From assembly GCA_903858965.1 (NCBI GenBank), contig CAIOKY010000075.1, positions 1,319-65,318 on the forward strand: a stretch of 64,000 nucleotides of DNA, in the 5' to 3' direction. Position numbers and translations under genes: made by a program. Positions within the stretch are counted from its first letter, which is position 1. Each line of letters starts with the position of its first letter. Of this stretch, positions 53,274-63,305 are shown piece by piece. The notes beneath the pieces were generated by a model. It did no database searches. It was not told where the DNA came from and saw only the letters and a list, made by a program, of their open reading frames with translations. Origin of the DNA: an uncultured Nitrosomonadales bacterium. Its GTDB lineage: Bacteria > Pseudomonadota > Gammaproteobacteria > Burkholderiales > Gallionellaceae.

Positions 53274-53445
53274 GTGGTTTACGCGAACAGGCTTCGGGAA
53301 AGTTAACCTAAACGGGAGACGCCTATCGACCCTGCAATGATTGAATATCTGTAGTTGTTACCCCGGTCAGCATACGATGACTGACACTATCGGCATCCCA
53401 CCAGCCGACCAATAACGCCGCATTAATGCGGCGTTATTATTTTCA
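53274..53445 (+). ncRNA. Candidate small RNA
   Basis: Between the promoter above and a terminator whose U-tract lies on the + strand; only 5- and 12-codon ORFs; internal hairpin gtcagcat-acg-atgactgac. Confidence 0.35.
53411..53445. terminator. Perfect 28-bp palindrome, probable bidirectional terminator
   Basis: aataacgccgcatt|aatgcggcgttatt (53411-53438) followed by attttc. Confidence 0.8.
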
Positions 53446-53468
53446 TTAAGAAGTTTCAGCATATCTTG

Positions 53469-53762
53469 CTATCGCCCAACTAACAGGCTTTCCGGCGCGA
53501 CGGTGCTGCCGGTGATCGCCACCACCTTGTGGCGCGATTGCCCGCCCTGTTTGAGTTCGGTGTTGCGGAGAGGCACGGCAAACAGATCGGCGATGAATTT
53601 CAGCAACGCTTCGTTGGCACGTCCTTCGATCGGTGGGGCGGCCAGTTTTATCTTGAGTGCTTCGCCATGCAGTCCGACAATCTCGCTGCGCTTTGCGCCC
53701 GGCTGCACATGCAGCGTAAGCGTGACGACATCTCCGTTGCGTCGATACCAACCCGGTTGCAT
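53469..53762 (-). CDS. yggU: DUF167/YggU family protein
   Basis: LHVQPGAK, LKIKLAAPPIEGRAN, GGQSRHK; TGATG overlap with yggT. Confidence 0.93.
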   Translation of the reverse strand: MQPGWYRRNGDVVTLTLHVQPGAKRSEIVGLHGEALKIKLAAPPIEGRANEALLKFIADLFAVPLRNTELKQGGQSRHKVVAITGSTVAPESLLVGR

Positions 53763-54331
53763 CAGAGCAGGCGCGCTGCGAGACTTTCCAGCATCGCCAA
53801 AGGGACAATCAGGATGATCTGGCAGATCACCAGAAGGATCAGTGACGACAGGTCCACGTTGCCGATCAGCGGCACGATACGTTGCAGCGGGCGCAGGAAG
53901 CGTTGCGTGATCGCCATCAGCAGCGGTGCAATGGGAGTGTACGGGTTGACCCAGGACAGGATCGCTTGCGCCACCAGCGCGCTCATCAGCAGGTACACGC
54001 TGATTCTGATCAGTTTCACCACGCTCAACGCCAATAAGCCGGGCAGCGGGAATTGCACGTAGGGATAGCCCTGAAGCCACAGCGTCAAGCCCAGATAGAT
54101 TAGTTCCACGCCCAGCGCGAGCAGCAAACTTGAGCTATCCAGCCGCCATACCGGCGGGATGAAACGGCGCGCGCGCAACACGACAAAATTACTGAGCGCC
54201 ATGATGAATTCTCCGACCGGGTTGCGCATTGGCGCGCGCAGCCATTGCAGCAGAAAGCGAAACAGCAACACACCGGCAAAGCCCTGCACAAAAACATCAA
54301 GCAGGAATTGCAACGTTTCGTTGAGCATCAT
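53762..54331 (-). CDS. yggT: YggT family membrane protein
   Basis: RNPVGEFI, ILSWVNP, IGNVDLS. Confidence 0.92.
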   Translation of the reverse strand: MMLNETLQFLLDVFVQGFAGVLLFRFLLQWLRAPMRNPVGEFIMALSNFVVLRARRFIPPVWRLDSSSLLLALGVELIYLGLTLWLQGYPYVQFPLPGLLALSVVKLIRISVYLLMSALVAQAILSWVNPYTPIAPLLMAITQRFLRPLQRIVPLIGNVDLSSLILLVICQIILIVPLAMLESLAARLL

Positions 54332-55155
54332 GCCTTGCCCAGTTCGTCGCCCATTTCGCGCGAGCGCGCGGCGGCGGCTTTTGCTGCGGTGATGATGTGT
54401 TGCTTGACGTGATTCGCTTCCATGCTCAACAAGGCACGTTCGGTCGTGCCATTTTTTGAAGTGACGCGCGCGCGCAGTGTGGCCGGGTCTTCTGTACTTT
54501 GGCGTGCCAGCTTGGCTGCGCCAAAGGCCGTTTCCAAAGCCAGCTTGCGCGCGGTTTGTTCAGGCAGGCCGAGTTCTTTTCCGGCTTGTTCGAGTGCTTC
54601 AATGAAATAGAAAAAGTATGCGGGGCCGCTGCCGGAAATCGCCGTGACGGCATCCATGTCTTCTTCACTGCGAATCCAGACAAACGAACCAACAGCACCA
54701 ATAATTCTTTCAACATTTTCACGTTGTTGTTCTGCCAGCATAGGAAAACTATAAAGTCCCGTTACAGCTGAGCCAACTAAGGCGGGTGTGTTTGGCATAG
54801 CACGCACTAGCCTATAGTTCGAGGTTGGAACAAGCAACCAGCTAGCCAAATCGGTAAGCCGGATACCTGCGGCAATCGACAGTACAATCTGACCGGAAAG
54901 TAATGGACCAAGCTGGACAGCAACAGCTTCCATTTGTTGTGGTTTGACGGCCAGTACCACAACATCGCCCTTTGCTATAGTCTGCTGGCCTTGTTCTGCA
55001 AACACGATAATTTTGCCGTAGGTCGATTTCAGTCGCTCACGATTGGCCGCATCAATTTCTACCACGCTGATTTGCGCGGCAGGAAATCCTGTGTCGATTA
55101 AGCCGCCGATCAAGGCAATAGCCATGTTGCCGCCGCCTATAAAACAGATATTCAT
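54328..55155 (-). CDS. proC: Pyrroline-5-carboxylate reductase
   Basis: FIGGGNMA, LAVKPQ, VRAMPNTP, AISGSGPAY, VTSKNGTT. Confidence 0.97.
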   Translation of the reverse strand: MNICFIGGGNMAIALIGGLIDTGFPAAQISVVEIDAANRERLKSTYGKIIVFAEQGQQTIAKGDVVVLAVKPQQMEAVAVQLGPLLSGQIVLSIAAGIRLTDLASWLLVPTSNYRLVRAMPNTPALVGSAVTGLYSFPMLAEQQRENVERIIGAVGSFVWIRSEEDMDAVTAISGSGPAYFFYFIEALEQAGKELGLPEQTARKLALETAFGAAKLARQSTEDPATLRARVTSKNGTTERALLSMEANHVKQHIITAAKAAAARSREMGDELGKA

Positions 55156-55851
55156 TTATTGTTCTCCATAATTCCGTGCACCAAAAATAGCGGTGCCGAT
55201 GCGCACCATATTTGCACCTTCTGCAATCGCTGCGGTAAAATCATGCGACATGCCCATAGACAAAGTATCCAATTGCAAGCCTTGCTGGTTCAGTTGATCG
55301 CGCAATTTGCGCAACTGGGCGAAAGGCAGGCGCTGCGCAACAATTTTGTCGCTGGGCGCGGGAACGGCCATCAATCCGCGCAATTTCAAGTTGGGCAACT
55401 TTGCGACGGCGTGGGCCAATTCATCCGCTTCGTCCGGAGCCACGCCGCTTTTACTGGCCTCCATGCTGATGTTGACCTGCACGCATACCTGCAATGCAGG
55501 CAGATGAGCGGGGCGTTGTTCGGACAAACGCTCGGCGACTTTCAACCTGTCCACGCTGTGCACCCAGCTGAAATTATCCGCGATGGCACGGGTCTTGTTG
55601 CTCTGGATCGGTCCGATGTAATGCCACTCGATAGCCAGATCGCGCAATGCGGCCATTTTCTCCAGCGCTTCCTGCATGTAACTTTCCGCAAAACGGCGCT
55701 GCCCGGCTTGGTAAGCCTCGCGTAGCGCGCCCGGCGTGAAGGTCTTGCTGACTGCCAGCAGGATAACCTCACTTTCATCGCGGCCTGCCTGTACAGCTGC
55801 TGCCGCAATCGCATCGCGCACAGCTTGCATGTTGGAAGCGATTGTTGTCAT
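55156..55851 (-). CDS. yggS: PLP homeostasis protein
   Basis: LLAVSK, WHYIGPIQSNK, LRGLM, LSMGMSHD, VRIGTAIFG. Confidence 0.97.
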   Translation of the reverse strand: MTTIASNMQAVRDAIAAAAVQAGRDESEVILLAVSKTFTPGALREAYQAGQRRFAESYMQEALEKMAALRDLAIEWHYIGPIQSNKTRAIADNFSWVHSVDRLKVAERLSEQRPAHLPALQVCVQVNISMEASKSGVAPDEADELAHAVAKLPNLKLRGLMAVPAPSDKIVAQRLPFAQLRKLRDQLNQQGLQLDTLSMGMSHDFTAAIAEGANMVRIGTAIFGARNYGEQ

Positions 55852-55935
55852 AATCTCACGCGCCACAATTTACTAATTCGCGCGGTCGCCGCTCCAGCCT
55901 GTTTGGCGCCGCTCCATCAAACCGGGACGATTATA

Positions 55936-56979
55936 ATGGATATCACTGAACTGCTTGCCTTTGGTGTTAAAAACAAGGCTTCCGACTTGCATCTCTCCGC
56001 CGGCTTGCCGCCGATGATACGTGTGCATGGCGACATGCGCAGGATCAATCTTCCCGCGATGGACCACAAGGAAGTGCACGGGCTGGTCTATGACATCATG
56101 AACGATGCGCAGCGCAAGTTCTACGAAGAGAACAAGGAAGTCGATTTCTCTTTCGAGGTTCCCGGTCTGGCCCGTTTCCGCGTCAATGCATTCATCCAGA
56201 ACCGCGGCGCGGGCGCGGTCATGCGTACCATCCCTTCAAAGATACTTTCTCTGGAAGACCTCAAGGCGCCGAAAAGTTTCGAGACCATTTCCGATTTTCC
56301 GCGCGGCATGGTGCTGGTTACCGGGCCTACCGGCTCGGGGAAATCCACCACGCTGGCGGCAATGATCAACCACCGCAACGAGCACGAACTGGGACACATC
56401 CTGACCGTGGAAGACCCGATCGAATTCGTGCACGAAAGCAAGAAATGCCTGATCAACCAGCGCGAGGTCGGGCGGGATACGCTGTCCTTCCAGAATGCGT
56501 TGCGTTCGGCGCTGCGCGAAGACCCCGACATCATCCTGGTCGGTGAAATGCGCGACCTGGAAACGATACGTTTGGCGATGTCCGCGGCAGAAACCGGCCA
56601 CCTGGTGTTCGGTACGCTGCACACCAGTTCCGCAGCCAAGACCATCGATCGTATCATCGACGTGTTCCCCGCTGATGAAAAGGAAATGGTGCGTGCGATG
56701 TTGTCCGAGTCATTGCGTGCGGTGATCTCACAGGCGCTGCTCAAGACCAAGGACGGGGCTGGGCGTGTTGCGGCGCACGAGATCATGGTTTGTACCCCGG
56801 CGATCCGCAACCTGATCCGCGAAGCGAAAGTGCCGCAGATGTATTCGGCGATACAGACCGGCCAGGCCATGGGTATGCAGACGCTGGATCAATGCCTGCA
56901 GATCCTGATCAAGGAAAACAAGATCACTCCTGCCGAAGCGCGTTCCAAGGCGGCAAACAAGGACAATTTCCCGGGTTGA
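55936..56979 (+). CDS. pilT: Type IV pilus retraction ATPase
   Basis: MDITELL, ASDLHLSAG, GPTGSGKSTT, EDPIE, LREDPD, AIRNLIRE. Confidence 0.98.
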   Translation: MDITELLAFGVKNKASDLHLSAGLPPMIRVHGDMRRINLPAMDHKEVHGLVYDIMNDAQRKFYEENKEVDFSFEVPGLARFRVNAFIQNRGAGAVMRTIPSKILSLEDLKAPKSFETISDFPRGMVLVTGPTGSGKSTTLAAMINHRNEHELGHILTVEDPIEFVHESKKCLINQREVGRDTLSFQNALRSALREDPDIILVGEMRDLETIRLAMSAAETGHLVFGTLHTSSAAKTIDRIIDVFPADEKEMVRAMLSESLRAVISQALLKTKDGAGRVAAHEIMVCTPAIRNLIREAKVPQMYSAIQTGQAMGMQTLDQCLQILIKENKITPAEARSKAANKDNFPG

Positions 56980-57025
56980 TCGGGCCCACAATTAGCGCAT
57001 TGGAATTTATTCAGGAGTTTTTATT

Positions 57026-58165
57026 ATGGAAAGAGATCAAGCAACCGACCTGATACACAATTTGCTGCGCGGCATGATCAGCAAAAGGGCGTCTGATCTG
57101 TTTATCACTGCAGGCTTCCCGCCGGCATTCAAGGTGGATGGAAAACTGACTCCTGTGTCCAACCAGCTTCTAACCGTCCAGCACACACAGGAACTGGCAC
57201 GCAGCATCATGAATGACCGCCAGGCGGCCGAGTTTGAATCGACCCACGAATGTAATTTTGCGATCAGCCCGCATGGTATCGGCAGATTCCGCGTCAATGT
57301 GTTCATGCAACAACAGCATGTCGGCATGGTGTTGCGCACGATCACGACCAAGATCCCGGATCTCGACGAACTGGGCATGCCGCCGGTGCTCAAGGACATC
57401 GTGATGAGCAAGCGCGGCCTGGTGATCCTGGTCGGTGGAACCGGATCGGGCAAGTCGACCACGCTGGCCGGGATGCTGGGTCATCGCAACAAGAATAGCT
57501 ACGGACACATCATCACGATCGAAGACCCGGTGGAATATGTGCATGAGCATATCAACTGCCTGATCACGCACCGCGAGGTCGGTGTGGATACCGACTCCTG
57601 GCAGGCCGCGTTGAAGAATACCTTGCGCCAGGCTCCAGATGTGATTCTGATCGGCGAGATCCGCGATCACGAAACCATGGAGTATGCCGTGGCATTCGCC
57701 GAGACCGGACACTTGTGTTTGGCTACGCTGCATGCCAACAGTGCCAACCAGGCACTGGATCGCATCATCAATTTCTTTCCAGAGGAACGCCGCCAGCAAC
57801 TGTTGATGGACTTGTCATTGAACATCAAGGCACTCATCTCGCAACGCCTGATCCCGAACAAGGAAGGGACGGGGCGTGCGGTCGCGGTCGAGATCATGCT
57901 CAACTCACCGCTGATCGCCGATATGATCTTCAAGGGCGAAGTGAACGAGATCAAGGGTGTGATGACACGGTCACGTGAACTGGGTATGGAGACATTCGAC
58001 GGCGCATTATTCAAGCTGTATGAGGCCGGCTCCATCTCCTACGAGGAAGCGCTGAAGAATGCCGACTCGGTCAACGATCTGCGTCTGCGCATCAAGCTGG
58101 AAAGCAAGCTGGTGACGAACCGGGACTTGATGAGTGGCACCGAAAACATGAAGATGACTGAGTAG
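57026..58165 (+). CDS. pilU: PilT/PilU family ATPase
   Basis: ASDLFITAG, GGTGSGKSTT, LRQAPDVILIGEIRD; follows pilT. Confidence 0.95.
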   Translation: MERDQATDLIHNLLRGMISKRASDLFITAGFPPAFKVDGKLTPVSNQLLTVQHTQELARSIMNDRQAAEFESTHECNFAISPHGIGRFRVNVFMQQQHVGMVLRTITTKIPDLDELGMPPVLKDIVMSKRGLVILVGGTGSGKSTTLAGMLGHRNKNSYGHIITIEDPVEYVHEHINCLITHREVGVDTDSWQAALKNTLRQAPDVILIGEIRDHETMEYAVAFAETGHLCLATLHANSANQALDRIINFFPEERRQQLLMDLSLNIKALISQRLIPNKEGTGRAVAVEIMLNSPLIADMIFKGEVNEIKGVMTRSRELGMETFDGALFKLYEAGSISYEEALKNADSVNDLRLRIKLESKLVTNRDLMSGTENMKMTE

Positions 58166-58210
58166 GAACCGAATCATCTATCCACTCAACCGGTAGGTGC
58201 TTTCGCCCGC

Positions 58211-59350
58211 TCAGCGGCGATTGCTTCCTGACACGATCTTGTATTCCAATAAACGGCATTCGATAGCACCGTTGAACAACGGAGTGCGTCTGGAAGGCGA
58301 CAGGCGCATCAGTTTCAAAATGGCTTTGTCGGCAGTGAACAGATAAGCCGTCCATCCGCCGAACTTCTTTTTCAGTGCATCGCCCAGTTGCGGATAAAGC
58401 TCCGCCAGTTCGTCCAGTTCACCCATGCGCTCGCCGTAGGGCAGATTGGCCACCAGCATGCCATGTTCAGCGGGCGCGGATATTTCCAGAATATTGGCCT
58501 GCTTGAGTTCCACGCATTCAGCCAGTCCCGCTTCTGCAAGGTTGAGCGATGCGGTTTTCAGTGCATCGCCGTACAGGTCGCTGCCGTAAAGTTCCAGCGG
58601 CTTGACTGGAAATTGTGCAGCGATCGCCTGGTCGCGCATTTTTTCCCACAGCGCGCCATCGAAATTCTTCAGTTTCTCGAATGCAAATCCGCGCGCGATA
58701 CCCGGCTGGATGTTGAGCGACATCTGCGCCGCCTCGATCAGGAACGTGCCGCTGCCGCACATCGGATCGAGCAGCGGCGTGCCGGGTTGCCAGTTCATCA
58801 AGCGCAAGATGCCCGCTGCCAGATTCTCGCGCAGTGGCGCGATGTTGGTGTGCTGGCGCACGCCGCGCTTGAATAGCGCATCGCCGGAAGTATCCAGATA
58901 CAGCATCAATTTGTTGTCTTCGATGAACACATGGATGCGCACGTCCGGATCCAGTGTGTCCACGCTGGGGCGCTCGTTGCAGTGCGCGCGGAAGCGGTCG
59001 CATACCGCATCCTTGACCAGCAACGTGATGAACTCCAGGCTTTTTAAAGGACAGCGTATCGCGGTGGTGTTCACTCGTATCGTGTGGGTTACGTCGAACC
59101 AGCGCTGCCATTGCAATTCAAACGCGGCCTGGTAGATATCCTGTTCGCTGCGGTATTGAGTTTCCTTGACGCGCCACAGGATGCGGCTGGCGATGCGGCT
59201 TTCCAGGTTGGCGCGATAACACAGTGCCCAGTCAGCTGAGAAATGCACACCACCCTCGGTATTGCGCACATTCTGTGCGCCCAGGGTTTCAAGATCGGTG
59301 AGTAATATGGTTTCGAGCCCGCGCGGGCAGGGAGCAAAAAAATCAGGCAT
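58211..59350 (-). CDS. THUMP-domain RNA methyltransferase (RlmL-like)
   Basis: FFAPCPRGLE, APLRENLAAG, LDPMCGSGT, ANLPYGER. Confidence 0.92.
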   Translation of the reverse strand: MPDFFAPCPRGLETILLTDLETLGAQNVRNTEGGVHFSADWALCYRANLESRIASRILWRVKETQYRSEQDIYQAAFELQWQRWFDVTHTIRVNTTAIRCPLKSLEFITLLVKDAVCDRFRAHCNERPSVDTLDPDVRIHVFIEDNKLMLYLDTSGDALFKRGVRQHTNIAPLRENLAAGILRLMNWQPGTPLLDPMCGSGTFLIEAAQMSLNIQPGIARGFAFEKLKNFDGALWEKMRDQAIAAQFPVKPLELYGSDLYGDALKTASLNLAEAGLAECVELKQANILEISAPAEHGMLVANLPYGERMGELDELAELYPQLGDALKKKFGGWTAYLFTADKAILKLMRLSPSRRTPLFNGAIECRLLEYKIVSGSNRR

Positions 59351-59368
59351 AAGGCTTGGAGTGAATCT

Positions 59369-59779
59369 CTAAAAAGGTTTGACCGTGACGAGTATGACGA
59401 CAGCCATCAACACGAGCACAGGAATTTCGTTGAACCAGCGATAAAAAATATGGCTGCGGGTGTTCAGGTCGGCAGCGAATTGCTTGACCAGCACACCGCA
59501 ATAATAGTGATAGACGATCAGCACCAGCACCAGCAAAAGTTTTGCATACAACCAGCCGCCGGTGATGCCGTATCCCAGCCACAGCCACAGGCCGAAACCC
59601 AGCGCCAGAAAGGCGATCGGCGTGACAAAACGATACAGCTTGTATTCCATCAGCTTCAATCGCGCGATCTCGGCCGGTTCGGTCGCCATCGCGTGATTAA
59701 CGAAGATGCGCGGCAGATAGAACAAGCCGGCGAACCAGCTGACGACGAAAATGATATGAAACGCTTTGACCCAAAGCAT
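59369..59779 (-). CDS. hemJ: Protoporphyrinogen oxidase HemJ-family membrane protein
   Basis: KAFHII, WFAGLFYLPR, FYRWFNEIP, LVTVKPF. Confidence 0.9.
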   Translation of the reverse strand: MLWVKAFHIIFVVSWFAGLFYLPRIFVNHAMATEPAEIARLKLMEYKLYRFVTPIAFLALGFGLWLWLGYGITGGWLYAKLLLVLVLIVYHYYCGVLVKQFAADLNTRSHIFYRWFNEIPVLVLMAVVILVTVKPF

Positions 59780-59788
59780 ACGCAGTTC

Positions 59789-60574
59789 CTATTGAGAAAG
59801 TCTTTTCCTGAACAGCACCAGTGACATGTAATACCCGAATAGGGTGTAACCCAGCAACACCGATAAATTAAGCAGCAAACAGGGCGGCAATATACCATTC
59901 ATTAACGGTCTGGCGATTTCTACTGCGTGGGATAAAGGCAATACCGCAGACACGGATTGCAGCCACGCAGGCAGGCGCGTGACCGGGAAAAATACGCCGG
60001 ACAGGAACATCGTGGGAGTGATCACCAGCGTGAAGTAGTACATGAAAAAACTGTAGCTGGGAGCCATGGCGGTCATGATCAGGCCGAGCGAAGCGAAGCA
60101 CAATCCTATCAGCAGCGACAGCGGGATCAGCCATATCGACAGCACGGAATGCGACAATCCCATCGCCCATATCACTGCCAGCACCGCCAGCCCGGACAGC
60201 AGGCTTTTACTGGCTGCCCAGAGTATCTCCGACAATACGATGTCATCCAGTGTGACTGGAGTATTCATGATGGCATCCCAGGTGCGCTGCTCGTGCATGC
60301 GCGCGAAGCAGGAGTAAAGTGCTTCAAAGGTGGCGCTGTTCATCGTGCTGTAGCACACCGTGCCCGCGGAGAGGAATACCAGATAGGAAGTGCCGCCCAT
60401 CTCCGGTAACAGGCTGCCCAATCCCAGTCCCAGTCCCAGCATATAGATCAGCGGGTCGGCCAGATGACCCAATATGGAAGTGGCCGCCATTTTTTTCCAC
60501 ACCAGAAAATGGCGTTGCCAGATCGGGATGAATCTGAGGCTGAATTCCGGCAGTGCGAAGTCTGTTTTCTTCAT
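59789..60574 (-). CDS. nodJ: NodJ-like ABC permease
   Basis: DPLIYMLGLG, ATFEALYS, QRTWDAI, MFLSGVFFP, LPLSHAV. Confidence 0.85.
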   Translation of the reverse strand: MKKTDFALPEFSLRFIPIWQRHFLVWKKMAATSILGHLADPLIYMLGLGLGLGSLLPEMGGTSYLVFLSAGTVCYSTMNSATFEALYSCFARMHEQRTWDAIMNTPVTLDDIVLSEILWAASKSLLSGLAVLAVIWAMGLSHSVLSIWLIPLSLLIGLCFASLGLIMTAMAPSYSFFMYYFTLVITPTMFLSGVFFPVTRLPAWLQSVSAVLPLSHAVEIARPLMNGILPPCLLLNLSVLLGYTLFGYYMSLVLFRKRLSQ

Positions 60575-61038
60575 TTCGACTTATCCTGCTCAACTGCGGC
60601 AAGGGCATCGGCCGGACTGACCACGCCAATGCCGCGCGCATAGACGCAACCCTTCGATGTCCCTTCTGCAACGATGCGTTCGCTGTTGCTGAAGGTGTGC
60701 TGCATGTAGAAATATTTTTCATCCCAGTGCGTCACTTCCAGTTTCACGTCGAAGTGCTCAAGCATCCCCAATGGTTTTTTGTAGGACATCGTATGCTCCG
60801 CGATCACGGGTATCCAGTTGCGCTTGAACATCGCTTTCAGCAATCCGCTGCGCGCGAACAGGTCGATCCGGTTGAGATCGCAGATGGTCAGGTAGCGGCC
60901 ATTGTTCATGTGCAGATTGATGTCCAGATCGTTCGGCAGCACGCGCAAGCTGAGTCGGCTGACAAGATTCCCGGTATCGAGCCGTTCCCGGAACAGCGAT
61001 AGAGTAAGCACGTAGAGCATGCGGAAGATCAGGTTCAT
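60571..61038 (-). CDS. Acyl-CoA thioesterase (hot-dog fold) family protein
   Basis: [24 protein letters not shown]; ATGA overlaps with nodI and nodJ. Confidence 0.88.
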   Translation of the reverse strand: MNLIFRMLYVLTLSLFRERLDTGNLVSRLSLRVLPNDLDINLHMNNGRYLTICDLNRIDLFARSGLLKAMFKRNWIPVIAEHTMSYKKPLGMLEHFDVKLEVTHWDEKYFYMQHTFSNSERIVAEGTSKGCVYARGIGVVSPADALAAVEQDKSK

Positions 61039-61949
61039 TCGCGCATCTCCCGTCCGGTCAATTTCAAAAATACATCTTCCAGATTGGCAGGCCTGTGCAC
61101 GTAGCGCAACCCCGGATGGTGTTGCAATTCCTTTAACAGCGGCTGCGCATCGTTCACATAGCAAAACACTGACTCGCCGCTTGTTTCGAAACGTTGCGCG
61201 TGCTGCGCCGCGTGGTTTTGTGCCCATGCCGCAGCCTGTTCGCCGAACACTTCGACCACTTGCGGCTCGATGTTCTGTGCGATCAGCTCGTGCGGTGAAC
61301 CCTGGCTGATGATGCGGCCGTTGTCCATCACGGCAAGGCGGTGACACAGGCGTTCCGCTTCCTCCATGAAGTGCGTGGTGAGTAACAAGGTCTTGCCCTG
61401 TGCGGTGAGTTCGCGCAGGCGCTGCCAGATCAGGTGGCGTGCTTGCGGATCCAGGCCGGTGGTCGGCTCGTCGAGAAAAATAACATCGGGGTCGTTCACC
61501 AAAGCACGGGCTAGCGTGAGGCGTCGCTTCATTCCGCCGGACAGGGTCGGAATCTTTGCATCGCGTTTGTGCGTGAGATTGGCGAATTCCAACAACTCCG
61601 GCAGACGCGCTTCGATCGCCGCGTCGCTCATGTCAAAATAGCGGCCATAGACCAGCAGATTTTCCGCCACAGTAAAATCCGGGTCGAGATTGTCCAGCTG
61701 CGGCACGACACCGACGCGCATCCGAGCGTCACGCGCCTGTTGCGGCACGGCATGACCCAGCAACCATAATTCGCCGGCGTCCGGCGCGATCAAGCCGAGC
61801 AGCAAACGCAGTGTGGTGGTCTTACCCGCTCCATTTGGTCCGAGCAAACCGAAGCACTCACCTTTGTTGAGGCTGATGCTGAGATCATTCACCACCACCT
61901 GGTTGCCGTAGCATTTGCGCAGATTATGTGCACTCAGTACCGCGTTCAT
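61035..61949 (-). CDS. nodI: NodI-like ABC ATP-binding protein
   Basis: [59 protein letters not shown]. Confidence 0.88.
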   Translation of the reverse strand: MNAVLSAHNLRKCYGNQVVVNDLSISLNKGECFGLLGPNGAGKTTTLRLLLGLIAPDAGELWLLGHAVPQQARDARMRVGVVPQLDNLDPDFTVAENLLVYGRYFDMSDAAIEARLPELLEFANLTHKRDAKIPTLSGGMKRRLTLARALVNDPDVIFLDEPTTGLDPQARHLIWQRLRELTAQGKTLLLTTHFMEEAERLCHRLAVMDNGRIISQGSPHELIAQNIEPQVVEVFGEQAAAWAQNHAAQHAQRFETSGESVFCYVNDAQPLLKELQHHPGLRYVHRPANLEDVFLKLTGREMRE

Positions 61950-62560
61950 TTTGTTGTTCCGCCAAAATGCTGCAACACGATTTGCTTGAGCTGGGTCAAT
62001 CTTCCATGGAAGAAATGTTCCGCTCCGGCTAACACGATGACGGGCAGATGTTGCGGACGCGCCCATTTCAGTAGCTCTTGCAATTCCACCACTTCATCCA
62101 GGTCGCCGTGGATCAACAAAGTGTTGTCCGGCACATCGGGCATTGCGAATCGCCCTACTGCCGGCGCAACCAGCACCAGTTGCTGTGGATGCAGTTGCTG
62201 CGCGGCACACGCCTGCACATAGCCGCCGAAAGAAAAGCCGGACAGGATCAGCGGCAGATCGCCATACTCCTGTCGCGCATAGCGCGCGATCGCCAGCACA
62301 TCCTCAACTTCGCCGTTGCCGTTATCGAATTTGCCACTGCTGGCGCCCACGCCGCGAAAGTTGAAGCGCAGTGTCACGAAACCCAGTTCCACAAAGGCTT
62401 TCGCCAGGGTGGTGACGACCTTGTTGTCCATTGTACCGCCCATGATGGGTAGCGGATGTGCGACTACAACGATGCCGCGCGGTGATTCGTCGGGCACATG
62501 CACGACGCCTTCGAGGTTGCCGGCTGCACCGTTTATGGAGAATTTTTTCAGGGCGGGCAT
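61946..62560 (-). CDS. Alpha/beta hydrolase
   Basis: [26 protein letters not shown] nucleophile motif, [13 protein letters not shown]. Confidence 0.9.
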   Translation of the reverse strand: MPALKKFSINGAAGNLEGVVHVPDESPRGIVVVAHPLPIMGGTMDNKVVTTLAKAFVELGFVTLRFNFRGVGASSGKFDNGNGEVEDVLAIARYARQEYGDLPLILSGFSFGGYVQACAAQQLHPQQLVLVAPAVGRFAMPDVPDNTLLIHGDLDEVVELQELLKWARPQHLPVIVLAGAEHFFHGRLTQLKQIVLQHFGGTTK

Positions 62561-62589
62561 TAAATTATTATTCCTGCGTCACGGTATGC

Positions 62590-63081
62590 TTACTGCTCAT
62601 TTTGCTCGATTACGTTGACGATCTCACGGTGAATTTTTGACGAAGGTCGTTTCTTGCGGCGAGAGAAGAATAGAAAAAGAACTGCAATACCTATAAAGAT
62701 CGTGATCGCCAGCCACAGCTTCTCTCTTGCAGATACGGTTGTCTGAATCAGGGATTCTGCATCCTTGAGATTTGCCAGGCTGGCTGCCGCCAAACCTTCC
62801 TTTGCCGGGTCGCTTACGCTCAGCTCATTGCCATTGTTATCTACCGATGCCGCTGGTGTTTTGGACCTTTCGATTTCTTGGGCAATCAGCGCACGTTCTG
62901 CCGAGCCGTCGATAACAGTGATATTTTCCGACACACTCTTTGTTTGATAGCCGGACGGACATTCCGTGTTTGTGTAGATTACTTTTCCATGCGCGTCGAT
63001 GCATTTGCTGGTGACGGCTGCGGCATGTGAAGCAAGTATCATCAGGATGGTGAATATTATGGGCCCCCTTGTTTGTTGCAT
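62590..63081 (-). CDS. DUF4124-like protein with C-terminal TM anchor
   Basis: Signal peptide, KCIDAHGKVIYTNTEC, C-terminal WLAITIFIGIAVLFLFF-RRKKR. Confidence 0.65.
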   Translation of the reverse strand: MQQTRGPIIFTILMILASHAAAVTSKCIDAHGKVIYTNTECPSGYQTKSVSENITVIDGSAERALIAQEIERSKTPAASVDNNGNELSVSDPAKEGLAAASLANLKDAESLIQTTVSAREKLWLAITIFIGIAVLFLFFSRRKKRPSSKIHREIVNVIEQNEQ

Positions 63082-63222
63082 TAGTTGGTACCCCTTCCTT
63101 AGTGTATACAGTGCGCAATATTATCGGCTTGAATTCGCAATTTTATTTGGTCAGGCAGATCGTAATAAATAAAATTGACCACTTAAAGTTCTTAGAGAAA
63201 TGACTTGCAAGTTCATCCGAGA

Positions 63223-63247
63223 GTCTGCAAACGACACACAGCAGAAT
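63223..63247. repeat. Short palindrome (6-bp arms, 12-nt spacer) downstream of the DUF2846-like gene
   Basis: gtctgc-aaacgacacaca-gcagaa. Confidence 0.45.
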
Positions 63248-63305
63248 GTTAATATTCTCAGAAGTTGAAGATTAACGGGTGAATGCTGGGCCAAAAAAAT
63301 CTGAA

